NCBI GenBank assembly: GCA_050942895.1 | Contig: JBMNOE010000012.1 | Location: 1,064 to 65,063, forward strand | Reading direction: 5' to 3' | Origin: Christensenellales bacterium | Lineage (GTDB): Bacteria; Bacillota; Clostridia; Christensenellales; UBA1750 | DNA: 64,000 bases | Shown: positions 1 through 10,638 of the stretch, piece after piece | Numbering within the stretch: the stretch's first letter is position 1 | How the letters are laid out: every line of letters starts with the position of its first letter | Made by a program: the position numbers and the translations under genes | The notes under the pieces: generated by a model | What the model was told of the DNA's origin: nothing | The model's input: the letters and a program-made list of their open reading frames with translations, nothing else | The model's database searches: none

Positions 1-1299
1 GGAACTTGCAGAAAAACAGGCGTATCGCGCCAGGCGGTATCTAAGCGGGAACTACACCCAAAGGTTCATAGGCACAAGACCCCTTTTGGAATAATTCCGC
101 TTCCATGCTATTGTGCGCGCTCATTTTCTACCTTTGGCATGAAGCGCCGGAGGACGAGCAGAGTTTCGGCATGGTGATGGAGATGCTCAGAGCGGCCGAA
201 ACAAGAGAGGACGATGAGGATTTCCGCTCCCCGCTGGACGACCTCTTTGACATTTTGGAATCCGAGGAACCCGACCATATCACGGTGAAGTATTACAAGC
301 TCTACCGCAAGGGTTCCGGCAAGACGCTCAAATCCATCCAGATTACCCTTGCCGCACGGCTGGAAAAGTTCAACCTTATAGAAATGGAGAAACTGACCGC
401 TGCAGACGAATTGGACATTGTACAGATGGGAACCGAGAAAACCGCGCTGTTTGTCATCATTTCCGACAGCGATACCAGTTTTAATTTCCTTGTCAGTATC
501 CTCTACACTCAGTTGTTTCAAACGCTGTTCTATGAAGCTGACTATGTTCACAAAGGCGCGTTGCCGATGCACGTTCATTTTATCATGGACGAGTTTGAGA
601 ACGTTGCGCTCCCCGATGACTTTGAAAAAGACCTCTCCACCATGCGCAGCCGCGGTGTGTCGGTGTCAATTATCCTGCAAAACCTGGCGCAAGCTCAAGG
701 CGCTGTTCGAGAAGAACTGGGAGAGCGTTGTGGGCAACTGCGACGAATTTTTGTATCTCGGCGGAAATGAGGCGAGCACCCACTAATATGTCTCCAAGCC
801 GCTGGGCAAGGCCACCATCGACACGAACACCTACGGGCAAGTCTACCGGGCGAAGCGGCAATTACAGCACGAACTATCAGCTTGTGGGGCGGGAGCTACT
901 CACCCCCGATGAGGTGCGGATGCTGGATAACCGCTACGCCCTTTTATTTATCCGTGGAGAGCGCCCGGTGCAGAACGAAAATATGATATCCTGCGCCACC
1001 CCTGCGTTGCTGCAACCACGGACGGACACGGCAAGCCCTATGACCACGGTAAAGAAACCCGTTCCAGCAGCGTATTGCAGTTTGTGCGGGCAGCAATGCT
1101 ACCTGACCAATCTGAACTACCAGAGGAACAGGAAACTGCTTATGCACCCTATTCCGAAACGGATTTAGAAAATTTATACGATGTGAAGGAGAAAGAAAAT
1201 CATGAGAAAATTCACAAGCAAACTGCTTCGCTAGGACAGCCCCGAAAGAAACCGAAACCACAAGACGACAAGCCCGTCTGCCCTGAGCGGAGGCGCTGA
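1..1299 (+). pseudogene. T4SS coupling protein (VirD4/TraG family), 3' half, multiple frame changes
   Basis: Family-typical fragments lie in three frames. They include DPFWNNSASMLLCALIFYLWHEAPEDEQSF and HFIMDEFENVALPDDFEKDLSTMRSRGVSVSIILQNLAQ (105..770), LKALFEKNWESVVGNCDEFLYLGGNE (418..786) and YQLVGRELLTPDEVRMLDNRYALLFIRGERPV (728..1168). An acidic tail follows in 1075..1299. Confidence 0.8.
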
Positions 1300-1399
1300 T
1301 TCGTCGCGGACTGCGCTCAGCTCCACTGCCGACAAGTCGGCAGAATCCGCCCGCTCCGTCGCTCCTCATCTTCCCACAAAGTCTACGACTTTGCGGGGA

Positions 1400-1700
1400 C
1401 CCCTTAAAGGCTTCCGCATCTACGCCACCGTTGTGTTGGCGGTGACATTGATGCTAAGCTGCGGCATGACCGCCTTTGCGGCGGGTGACGCCCCCGTGGC
1501 GGTCGTGAACAACTTGAGCGACTTCATCTCCAGTTTATCCGTGCAATCAAGCTGATTCTGCTGGGATTCGGCTCGTGCAGATCGGTTTGAGCCTGAACCC
1601 TTCGCAGAGCGCCAACGGCTTCATGACGCTCGCGGTCGGCGCGGTCATCACCTTTGCCAAGGAGATTTTGGCACTGATTACGGGTAAAAAGACAACGGCT
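1400..1700 (+). pseudogene. Small membrane protein of the T4SS operon (VirB2/TrbC pilin-like or Maff2-like), no start codon, about 2 frame changes
   Basis: A signal-peptide-like KGFRIYATVVLAVTLMLSCGMTAFAAGD is followed in other frames by IRAIKLILLGFG and VQIGLSL..GFMTLAVGAVITFAKEILALITGK. The position between coupling protein and VirB6-like gene fits. Family assignment is weak. Confidence 0.3.
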
Positions 1701-1735
1701 GTACCGCCTTTGCGATACAGCCCTTTACATAAGCG

Positions 1736-4378
1736 TTATTTGCTTGTGTTGCTTTCAATAATATCAACGACATTGTCGATGCATTCCGCACATTCGCGGA
1801 TTTTTGCGGCGATTTTTGCGCGCTTTTCCTTGTCCTGTAAAACCTCCAGCGTGACGTTGAACCCGCTGCCGAGAGCTTCCAAGTCGTTACCGTTGTCGCC
1901 CGAGCAAATCTGATTCGTTCTTCTGTATTGCTCCTTGATTTCATCGATAAACGTAAAATCGGGGTTCAGCTCCTTCGCTTTGTCCAAATAGCCGTAACAG
2001 CAGCTCCCGTTAGTGGCGAGGACGCAGATATAGTTGGTGTGGTATGCCCAAGTGTCAAAATCCTCCACTGCCATACCGTCGAATTTGCCGTTTTCAATGT
2101 CCTTCGCCCACGCGCGAAACGCTTCCGCGCCGAAGCAGCACTTGTGATTTTTTGCGTTCAGATGCTTTGGAATGTCAAGAATCGCCTTGCGATAGATATC
2201 GGCAAGCGGGATACTCTCCTTTTTCTCCCCGACGAAAATCCAACCGCCGTCACCCTGAAGAACCCGATTGGTATTTGTCCATCCCTCAAGCACCGTTTCA
2301 AACGGAATCCGTTCGGGCTGATTGCTGTTGCCGGTAATCAGAAGCAAAACCTTACCGTAATCCTCGTACCCGACATAGACTCCCACTTGAGCGCCCCATG
2401 CGATAACGGGCACACCCTTGTCGATATAGGCGATCAGCGTGTTCAGATACATTTCGGTGTTCTTCCGCAAATCTTTGATTGGAACATAGGTGGCGGCGTA
2501 CCCGCATTTCGCGAAGACCTCCTCGATATATTCGGTAGGCTTCCCGCCCATGTTCTCTTCCGTCATATAGCTGGTCAGCGCGTCGCCAGCGTACTTGATA
2601 CTGTTGTAATGCTGCGTGAAAATGTCGCCGGTCAGCCCGGCGAAAAACCAGTAATTATAATCCGGTTCGCCAAGGCATTCCATCACATATTTGGCGCAAC
2701 CGTTGAACCAATAGTTTTCGCCATATTCGTTGGTGACAAGGCGATGAATGACTGGAATCATATTGTTGCTCTGCTTTGTAATCATGGTCAACTCTTCCTT
2801 TTTTAATTTATTCTTAGGAGTTTGCACGAGCTGCGAAACGCGGACGGAACGGAAATATTTTTTCTGCTCAGAGCCGAAAACAATGGGCTGCGCTTCTTCA
2901 CGGCTTAAATCGAGCGACATATACGGGAACTTCGTGCCGCAATACCGAACCTCGCCATTGATGATACATGCCAAATGCTTTTTGCCGATGATCCATGTCA
3001 GCCGGTTATATTCGCCCAATAAAATCTTGCCGCGTTGTGGGAAATTGAATCTGTCCCGAAAGACCGGCTGGTTGAAGTTGATGGCTTCATTTACCCGCTG
3101 CGTGGCTGTGTTGTCGCCCATGTTGATTCCGAAGCCATAATTGTGGTCTAGCCCATGATGACCATGATAAATGCGGACGCTTCCGTCGTTTGCGCCAAAA
3201 CCGGAATGCTCGCCAGTGCGAAACTCAATATCCACACGGAACGGCAGCTTGACGGCGACATTTGTGTTCATCACCCGGGTGTTGATCCAGCCGATAAATT
3301 CAAGCTCGCCATCCTCAGTCATTTTATAATGCGGGTCGTGTATCGGTGTGAGCTTATCCAGCGGCACATCTACTGTCCATAAAAGCGGGTTTGCCGCCTC
3401 GATTTCTTCGATGGTAATATCCGTAATCTCTACCGGCTTGTCAAAGAGAGAGGGGTCGGCAAGCCGTTTTTTAACGGGAACAAGCATTGAAACCAACTCG
3501 CGCTTATCATCGGGCGAAATCAGGTTTTCCAGCAGTGTCGGGTGGCGCGAAGTACCATCTGAGCAGTAGGCAAACTGGTAATACGGATTCGCGTCCAGCT
3601 CGCGCAAAAGCGCGCGTAAGCATTCGCTCAAATCCCCGTCAAGGTAGATATTTACCGCCGCAAACAACCCGCCGTCAAAAGTATAATCCAAATATTCGCT
3701 GTCGTTTACAAAATCCTCCGGCACACGCACCATAAGTACATCTCCGGCTTCGGTTTGAAACTCAAATTGCCGGTGACTGCCCGATGCGGCGGACAAGCCG
3801 TTCATCTGTACATACCGCAGAAAACCCGCGTAATCGCTCTGCGATGTGTCCGGTTTGCGGAAAGAGGTAAGCACACGCATTTTCGGCAAATCCGTGATAC
3901 TGTACTCAATCGGTTTAGCAAGTTTTTCGCTTGCCGCCTCCAACTCCCGATAGCTGACCGGCTTGTGCTCCTCGACCACCGCAAGCTCTTTTTCCATCTC
4001 GTCATAAAGCAGCGGCAGCGCCGAAATCTTTTTGATGCCGTTTTTAATCATAGTTTGCAAAAACTCATTGGTAATCAGCTTCATCTTCGAAAGCGCTCCG
4101 ATTTCATCGTCAATGGCATTGATGCGTTCAACAAAGGTTTCGACAACAACGCTCATGTCCTCGCTCTCATAGATTCGCAGGATGTCCTTGATTGTTATCT
4201 GCATCTTGCGCAGCACCATGATTTGCTTGAGCCGCTCCACGTTTTCATCGTCAAAGTAGCGGTACTTCTCAAACTCCGGGCGCACGCTTTGAATCAGCCC
4301 GACCTGCTCATAGTAGCGCAGGCTTCGGGACGATATCCCAAACTGATTGGTCAAATCCGTTATTTTAATGAGGCTCAT
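1736..4378 (-). CDS. Giant multi-domain MerR-family transcriptional regulator (880 aa from ATG 4378)
   Basis: N-terminus MSLIKITDLTNQFGISSRSLRYYEQVGLI..LKQIMVLRKMQITIKDI is a MerR HTH plus coiled coil. It is followed by a GyrI-like effector-binding-like segment and a beta-rich LamG/DUF1080-like segment (..LTWIIGKKHLACIINGEVRY..YFRSVRVSQL). The C-terminal ~330 aa is Cys-containing and BtrH/peptidase-like (..WFNGCAKYVMECLG..). The start is chosen at 4378 because the promoter at 4431-4461 lies inside the longer ORF. Confidence 0.8.
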   Translation of the reverse strand: MSLIKITDLTNQFGISSRSLRYYEQVGLIQSVRPEFEKYRYFDDENVERLKQIMVLRKMQITIKDILRIYESEDMSVVVETFVERINAIDDEIGALSKMKLITNEFLQTMIKNGIKKISALPLLYDEMEKELAVVEEHKPVSYRELEAASEKLAKPIEYSITDLPKMRVLTSFRKPDTSQSDYAGFLRYVQMNGLSAASGSHRQFEFQTEAGDVLMVRVPEDFVNDSEYLDYTFDGGLFAAVNIYLDGDLSECLRALLRELDANPYYQFAYCSDGTSRHPTLLENLISPDDKRELVSMLVPVKKRLADPSLFDKPVEITDITIEEIEAANPLLWTVDVPLDKLTPIHDPHYKMTEDGELEFIGWINTRVMNTNVAVKLPFRVDIEFRTGEHSGFGANDGSVRIYHGHHGLDHNYGFGINMGDNTATQRVNEAINFNQPVFRDRFNFPQRGKILLGEYNRLTWIIGKKHLACIINGEVRYCGTKFPYMSLDLSREEAQPIVFGSEQKKYFRSVRVSQLVQTPKNKLKKEELTMITKQSNNMIPVIHRLVTNEYGENYWFNGCAKYVMECLGEPDYNYWFFAGLTGDIFTQHYNSIKYAGDALTSYMTEENMGGKPTEYIEEVFAKCGYAATYVPIKDLRKNTEMYLNTLIAYIDKGVPVIAWGAQVGVYVGYEDYGKVLLLITGNSNQPERIPFETVLEGWTNTNRVLQGDGGWIFVGEKKESIPLADIYRKAILDIPKHLNAKNHKCCFGAEAFRAWAKDIENGKFDGMAVEDFDTWAYHTNYICVLATNGSCCYGYLDKAKELNPDFTFIDEIKEQYRRTNQICSGDNGNDLEALGSGFNVTLEVLQDKEKRAKIAAKIRECAECIDNVVDIIESNTSK

Positions 4379-4430
4379 AAAATCACCAATTTCCGTGTTT
4401 TTTGCGGTGAAAATTATCTTTCTGCTGACC

Positions 4431-4461
4431 ATTGTACCACTTGACCTAACGTCAAAGTCAA
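4431..4461 (-). promoter_or_regulatory. MerR-type promoter with 19-bp spacer and internal dyad
   Basis: The minus strand reads TTGACT-TTGACGTTAGGTCAAGTGG-TACAAT. The -35 and -10 are near consensus and separated by 19 bp. The spacer contains the perfect inverted repeat TTGAC-GTTAG-GTCAA. It lies ~50 nt upstream of ATG 4378. Confidence 0.65.
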
Positions 4462-4561
4462 CCGTAAAAAAATATTTTTCTACATAGCTCCGAACGGCAA
4501 TGGCCTACTGTTTCGGGGCTTTTATATAGATATTTCAAAAACCAAAGGAGGTGGTCACAAA

Positions 4562-5297
4562 ATGAGCTGGGTTACAGATAACCTTGAAAACGCACTGGAG
4601 ACGTGGAACGATAAGCTTGTTGAAATCTGGCAGCTTATCACGCAATCGCCGACGGAGTTCAAGGGCGGCGGGATATGGGATGTTATCGTCAACATCCACG
4701 ACGGCGTGAAAGCCATCGGGTTGGGTTTGCTGGTGCTGTTCTTCGTTGTAGGCATATGGGCTGTAGCTAATGATGGCGCTGTTTCGGATTGTGCAGGGGC
4801 TTATGTCGAGCATCATGGCGGCAGCGGGTATCGGAGGCGCGAATCAGACGGTTTTGCCGGACAGTATACGAACCGCGATTGATAACTGCGGATTTTTCGA
4901 ATCCATCCCATTATGGACGGTGACTTTGATCGGCGGGCTGTTTATCACGGTGCTTTCTTTCGTAATGATAATGTCGGTATACGGCCGCTTTTTTAAGCTG
5001 TATGTTTATACGGCGGTTGCGCCGGTGCCGCTGTCCAGCTTTGCGGGAGAGTCGAGTGCATCGGTCGGGAAATCGTTCATCAAATTCTACTGCGCCGTAT
5101 GTCTGGAGGGCACGGTGATTGTGCTGGCGTGCATTATTTTCAGCCTGTTTGCGGCAAGCCCGCCCGCCATTGACCCCAGCGCGACAGCGGTTACGCAGGT
5201 CTGGAGCTATGTGGGCGAGCTGTGCTTCCATCTTCTCGTGCTGATCGGCACGGTCAAAATGGCCGACCGCGTGGTGCGGGAACTCATGGGGCTATAA
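4562..5297 (+). pseudogene. VirB6/TrbL-like polytopic T4SS membrane protein (CD0415/CD1112-like), frameshifted
   Basis: The N-terminal part MSWVTDNLENALETWNDKLVEIWQLITQSP.. (4562..4882) continues in another frame as MALFRIVQGLMSSIMAAAGIGG..multi-TM..VKMADRVVRELMGL (4770..5297). The frame changes near 4765-4775. Confidence 0.6.
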
Positions 5298-5318
5298 CGA
5301 GAAACGGAGGAAAAAGAT

Positions 5319-6848
5319 ATGTTATTCACCAATAAAAAATCGTCGGCAGGACTGTCTTCTGCGGAAAAGCTGACGGGGGAATTAGCGCGGTGCGTGGAAT
5401 TGCAAGACACCATGAAAACCGTCAAGGCCTGCCCCGATACGTTCGAGTATGAAAGAGACTGTTTCCGTATCGGGGGAAGCTCCCCTGGCAGCGATAAATG
5501 GGGACGGGTACTGTTCCTGCGTGAGTACGCTTCCTATGTTAAGGACAGCATGGTGGCGGAGCTTTGCAACCATGGACGCAACATGATGTTCTCCGTAGTC
5601 ACGCTGGTGCATATGCCGACACCAAAGACCAGCTTGACAGCGATACCGAAGCCCTGTTGACGACAGCGAGGAAACACCTCTGCCAGTTTGGAACATTGAA
5701 ATACCAGCAGGCTGACGGCTTAAACACCGTCCTGCCGTTCGGACTTCGCAAGATTAACGCTCTGCGAACGTTGACCACCGAGAGCCTTGCGGTCTTGATC
5801 CCTTTCTGCGCCCAAAAGATTAACCATGCGGGCGGTGTGTATCAAGGCGTGAATGTCATCAGCAAAAACCCGATATTCGTCAACCGCCTGAATCTGCTCA
5901 ACGGCAACGGTTTTATATTCGGCGTTTCCGGCTCAGGCAAGTCGATGGCCGCCAAGCGTGAGGAAATTAGCATTTTGCTGGCAGACCCCAATGCCGATGT
6001 GTTTCTCATTGACCCGAACGCGAGTACACGCCCCTGGTGGGCGCTTTCGGCGGCGAGGTTATCCGCATACCAGCGACATGCAACAGCCATATCAACGCGA
6101 TGGATATGAACGAAAAATACGGCGACGGCGCAAAGCAAAATCGCTCATTGACCGCTGCACGGCAAATGTCTACAAGGAATATATGGCGCGAGGCTACTCC
6201 GGCAAAGTACCGGCCTTGCGGGATTTTCGAGAGGAACTGCTGAAACAGAATGAGCCTGAAGCAAAAGAAATCGCTCTTGCAATCGAGCTTTTCACGGACG
6301 GCAGCTTGAACACGTTCGCCAAGCAGACCAACGTAGGCGTGGATTCCCGGCTCGTCTGCTACGACACCCTTGACCTCGGCAAGCAACTGCAATCAATCGG
6401 TATGATTGTCGTCCTCGACAACATCCTCAACCGAATAACCTCCAACCGTTCAAAGAGGCAAAACACCTATATTTTCATCGACGAGATTTATCTGCTATTC
6501 CAGCACGAGTACAGTGCAAACTTTCTTTTTGCCATGTGGAAGCGTGTCCGCAAATATGGCACATTCGCAACAGGTATTACGCAGAATGCGGATGATATGC
6601 TTCAAAGCCACACGACGCGGACAATGCTTACCAACAGCGAGTTTATCGTCATGCTCAACCAAGCCAGCACCGACTGACTTGAGCTTGCGAAGCTCTTATA
6701 CATCAGCGACTTGCAGATGAGCTATATCATCAATGTGGACGCGGGCAATGGGCTTATCAAGGTGGGCGCGTCCCTTGTGCCTTTCAACGCTACAATTCCC
6801 CGTCATACAAAGCTCTATAAATTATGTTCGATCAAGCCGGGTGAATGA
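5319..6848 (+). pseudogene. VirB4-like conjugal transfer ATPase, N-terminally deleted, >=3 frame changes and an in-frame TGA
   Basis: Walker A GFIFGVSGSGKSMAAKRE (5564..6109) is readable. The gene continues as GAFGGEVIRIPATCNSHINAMDMN (6037..6243 frame) and then YIFIDEIYLLFQHEYSANFLFAMWKRVRKYGTFATGITQNADDML (5958..6677). An in-frame TGA at 6675-6677 is followed by LELAKLLYISDLQMSYI.. up to the stop at 6846-6848. Total length is ~510 codons, whereas this family is usually ~800 (from memory). Confidence 0.8.
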
Positions 6849-7625
6849 TGAGCAGGGCGATAAAAGAGACCTTTTTTTGCGGCGGCGGTTATTTTTTTGA
6901 CCGACGCCCTTTTGTTATCCGGCTATCAGCTTTGGCGGTATTATTCCGCTGAACACGAAGCCGCCGGACAATTTGATGACTTAACCGAGCAGATTCAAAC
7001 ACCCGCATTGCAGCCCTTGACGGAAAGCCCTGATAGAACAGAATCACCGCCCGAATGGACGGCAACCGACCAACACAGAACGCTCTTTGAACAGAATCCC
7101 GAAATGATAGGCTGGATTGCCCCCCCCGGTACGGCGATAGATTATCCCGTCATGCAATCACCCGCCCGCCCGAATTTTTGCCTGAACCACGGCTTCGACG
7201 GCAAGGTCAGCGACTACGGCGTTCCCTACGCCGATAAACACTGTTCCATTGACCCGCCGAGCGACAATATCACGCTCTACGGGCACCACATGAAGTCGGG
7301 TAAAATGTTCGGGGCGTTAGAAAGTTACAAAAGCAAGGGCTTTTATCTCGATCGTCCGATTATCCATTTTGATACGCGCGCAGGGTTTGGGCAATATGAG
7401 ACTTTTGCCGTCCTTGCGGTAAATCCCGCTGATTTTCCCCATCACCAGTTTGTAAACACCACAGACCAAGCGGCGTTTGATAAATATGTGACCCGTTGCA
7501 AAGCGCTTTCTTTGTACGATACAGTCGTGAGCGCCAAGTACGGAGACAAGCTGATTACCCTTTCCACTTGCTAATACACCCGGCAAGGAAACAGGCTTGT
7601 GGTTGTAGCGAAAAGATTGGAGTAG
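6848..7625 (+). pseudogene. Class B sortase, frameshift near 6860-6866 and TAA directly after the catalytic Cys
   Basis: ATG 6848 overlaps the VirB4 stop. MSRAI.. shifts to KRPFFAAAVIFLTDALLLSGYQLW. The ORF 6897..7574 ends ..GDKLITLSTC followed by TAA (7572-7574). The same frame then continues YTRQGNRLVVVAKRLE to TAG 7623-7625. Confidence 0.8.
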
Positions 7626-7722
7626 GATGCAGGAACAAATGAGCGGGCATCTTTGGACTGCAAAAATGCCCGCTTTCGTAGGTGGGGAGAACAGTTCATT
7701 TGTATAACAGGGGTGTCGGCAC

Positions 7723-8559
7723 TTATAAGGCTTGAACAATATCTATTCCATTTCCATCAGGGTCTTTAATATTGAAATAGCGGTAACCCCACGGTAGGTC
7801 TTGCGGCGGTTCTTTGACTTCAACTCCTAATTCAACTATCCGTTTGTATTCGGCGTCAGCATCCGCAACTCGGAACTCAAAACCCTGACAGGTGTTATAA
7901 ACTTGCGGCTTGAAACCCTCGTCATAATTTACAGTTATCCAAGTGGTATTTTCGTTCCTTTCCCCGAACCAGATTTCAATACGGTGCGGGCCGCCGTGCT
8001 CTTTGTCGTTTACGATGAATGCGCCTAAAACGTCTTTGTAAAAATCAGCAAGTCGTTGGGGGTTGGAGGATACAATATTGGTACCGACAAACTTGAGGGA
8101 AAATCCCGTTGTTTTTGTAAAATCGTCCAAAATTTGCTTGCCTTTTTCAAGATAATCATTCATTGAATATGCCCTCATTTCGTTTGGATTTTCAAGGCGG
8201 GAAACGGAAATTTGAGATGGCAAGGAGATTAAATACGGGTTCTTGCGAAAGGCATATGGAGTACATCCATACGCAGTTTTAAATGCCCTTGTCAGAGCTT
8301 CCTGCGATGAAAATCCGTATTTAACCGCTATGTCTATTAGCCTTTCCTGAGAATCTCTTATATCAAGTGCAGCACGACATAAGCGCCGGTCGGCGATGTG
8401 CTTTTTTATTGTAGTGCCGACAATTAAGCGGAAAAGCCTTGAGAAATAAAACGGTGAGTACCCCGAGAGATTGGCCAAGTCAGACAAAGTAAAATCATCC
8501 GTAATATTTTCTTCAATCCAAGCAAGCGCTTTTTCAATTGATTCACGCCACTCTGTCAT
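7723..8559 (-). CDS. AraC-family HTH regulator fused to a VOC (glyoxalase/bleomycin-resistance fold) domain
   Basis: The N-terminus has an AraC-type double HTH (..LSDLANLSGYSPFYFSRLFRLIVGTTIKKHIADRRL..FSSQEALTRAFKTAYGCTPYAFRK). The C-terminus is VOC-like (..RLADFYKDVLGAFIV..FEFRVADADAEYKRIVELGVEV..PWGYRYFNIKDPDGNGIDIV). Confidence 0.8.
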   Translation of the reverse strand: MTEWRESIEKALAWIEENITDDFTLSDLANLSGYSPFYFSRLFRLIVGTTIKKHIADRRLCRAALDIRDSQERLIDIAVKYGFSSQEALTRAFKTAYGCTPYAFRKNPYLISLPSQISVSRLENPNEMRAYSMNDYLEKGKQILDDFTKTTGFSLKFVGTNIVSSNPQRLADFYKDVLGAFIVNDKEHGGPHRIEIWFGERNENTTWITVNYDEGFKPQVYNTCQGFEFRVADADAEYKRIVELGVEVKEPPQDLPWGYRYFNIKDPDGNGIDIVQAL

Positions 8560-8735
8560 GTCATTCCCCTCCTTTCGACTATAAATATATCAGAATGAGA
8601 AAAGAGTTTTTTGATATGACTTGCTGTTTGTTCCCGTTATTGAATAATATGAAAATTAGTCGTGTGTTTCGGATATTGTCGGATTGACTCGCTTTGCATC
8701 TTTACACATAACAGTATACCACATGGCTTCCACCA

Positions 8736-8763
8736 CGCCTTTGGCTATCGACAAAGGCGTTTT
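8736..8763 (+). terminator. Hairpin plus T-run upstream of the CHAP gene (terminator-like)
   Basis: CGCCTTTG (8736-8743) pairs with CAAAGGCG (8752-8759) over an 8-nt loop, followed by TTTT. Confidence 0.35.
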
Positions 8764-8799
8764 CCATGTCAAAATCCAATGGAAGGGGGAAATCGTACA

Positions 8800-10563
8800 A
8801 TGCCCAAGGGAATCAAAACAAAGCACACGGTCAAGGACATCAAGCTCCTTGACCGTGTAACAAGCGGCACGGCTCATGTGAAGAACGCTTTCATAAAATC
8901 CAAGGATACCGCCGAAAACACGCAGGAAACCACCTAAGACAAAGCGGAAAATTACGCTGCCGATGAAATAGAGGGAAGCGCAAAATCAGCGGCGCATGAG
9001 ACCGCCTATCACCTGAAACACCCTCAGACCAAAGCGCGGCAGAATATTGAAAGTGCAAAACAACATTTCGCCGAAGGCAAACGACAAATGCCTGAGCAGC
9101 GCAAATCGGTGGCTGAACAAGCACAAAAGACCTCTAAAAACACAAAATCAACGGCAGATACGCTGGGCAAGAAGGCGGAGCAGTCAAAAAACCGCTGAAC
9201 AAATGCAACAGGCGGTCATTGATGCGAAACGCACCCTTGTGCAAACCCGCCAAGCGGGAAAGCAGACCGCCAAAACCGCAAGACAAGCTGAAAAGACAAT
9301 CAAGACCGTTGGCAACGCCACTAAATCCACCGCCAAGGGTACAATCAAGACGATTAAGAAATCAGTTAAAACAGCGGAGCGCACCGCAAAAACCACCGTG
9401 AAAACAGCGCAAAAGACCGCGAAAGCCGCCCAGCAATCCGCAAAAACAGCGGTGCAAACCGCAAAAGTCGCCACGAAAGCAGTTATCGCTATGGTTAAAG
9501 CGGCGATTGCCGCAGTCAAATGGCTTGTCGCCCTTATCGCCGCAGGCGGTTGGATTGCGGTTCTTGTCATTGTCATCATCTGCCTAATTGGGATGCTTGT
9601 CGGCTTGATTTTTGGCATCTTTTTCCCCGGTGAAGACAGCGGGAACGGCTACACTATGCCGATGGCGATTGTCGAAATCAATACCGAGTACAGTGACAAG
9701 CTGATCGAAATTCGAAACGAAAACGCCCATGACGAGGTGCAGTTGTCCGGCGCTCGCGCCGAGTGGAAGGAGATATTGGCAGTTTACACGGTCAAGGCCG
9801 ATCCGATCCCGACAATCCTGCCGATGTCGCCACAATGGACGAGAGCAAAAAAGAGCTGCTAAAATCGGTGTTTTGGGATATGAATATCCTCTCTCACCGT
9901 ACCGAAACCAAAGAAGTCACAGAAGTGACCGTCGAGGGTGATGGTGAGGACTTTACCTCCACCGAAACAACCGTGACAAAGACCATTTTGTATATCACTA
10001 TTTCCCATAAAGCCTCTGATGAAATGGCGTTGCAATATGGTTTTTCTCAAACACAGAAAAACCAGTTTCACGAGTTATTATCTGATGAGTACGCCAGTCT
10101 GTGGAGCGCGGTTCTCTATGGAATCCATAGTGGAAGCGAGGATATTGTAGCTGTGGCAGTTTCACAAATTGGCAATGTAGGCGGTCAGCCCTACTGATCG
10201 TGGTATGGCTTTGACAGCCGCGTGGCATGGTGCGCGACTTTTGTTTCATGGTGCGCCAACGAGTGCGGGTATATCGACGCGGGGATTCTGCCCAAGTTTG
10301 CCGCTTGCGAAAGTCAGGGTATTCCGTGGTTCAAGGAGCGTAGGCTTTGACAGGACGCGGGCGGCGGCTATATCCCTAACCCCGGCGACATCATTTTTTT
10401 CGACTGGAACGGCGACGGCCGCGTCCAGCATGTGGGCATCGTGTAATACGTTGAAGGTGAGGTCGTACACACCGTCGAGGGTAACACCAGCGATTTCTGC
10501 GCACGGCGCAGCTATCGGTTGGACAGCGGGAGCGTGCTGGGGTATGGGACGCCGATGTATTAG
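8800..10563 (+). pseudogene. T4SS-associated cell-wall hydrolase (K/T/A-rich repeat, TM segment, C-terminal CHAP/NlpC-P60-like domain), 2 frameshifts and 4 in-frame stops
   Basis: ATG 8800 follows a GGAAGGGGGA RBS. There is a TAA at 8935 and a frameshift in the A-run ~9184-9190. Then come the KTAKTA-type repeats and a TM segment (9047..9862), with a frameshift ~9795-9805. The CHAP-like end GGQPY*SWYGFDSRVAWCATFVSWC..KERRL*QD..FFDWNGDGRVQHVGIV*YVEGEVVHTVEGN has stops at 10195, 10348 and 10444. Confidence 0.8.
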
Positions 10564-10567
10564 CAAG

Positions 10568-10592
10568 ACAGACAGGCGAAAAGCCTGTCTGT
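10568..10592. terminator. Strong hairpin between convergent genes (no clear U-tract)
   Basis: ACAGACAGGC (10568-10577) pairs with GCCTGTCTGT (10583-10592) over a GAAAA loop. It lies between the CHAP pseudogene end and the AraC gene end. Confidence 0.4.
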
Positions 10593-10638
10593 ACATAGAA
10601 ACTCTCAGGACAACATCAAGAGCGGCGTTTTGTGCTCT

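Noticed and set aside
1928-4444. + strand ORFs of 292, 130 and 229 aa inside the giant MerR gene
   Set aside because: They are antisense to a continuous 880-aa ORF with clear MerR homology and its own promoter. They have no motifs.
9184-9618. 144-aa - strand ORF
   Set aside because: It is antisense to the K/T/A-rich repeat and TM segment of the CHAP hydrolase pseudogene. Its low-complexity composition is a mirror of those repeats.
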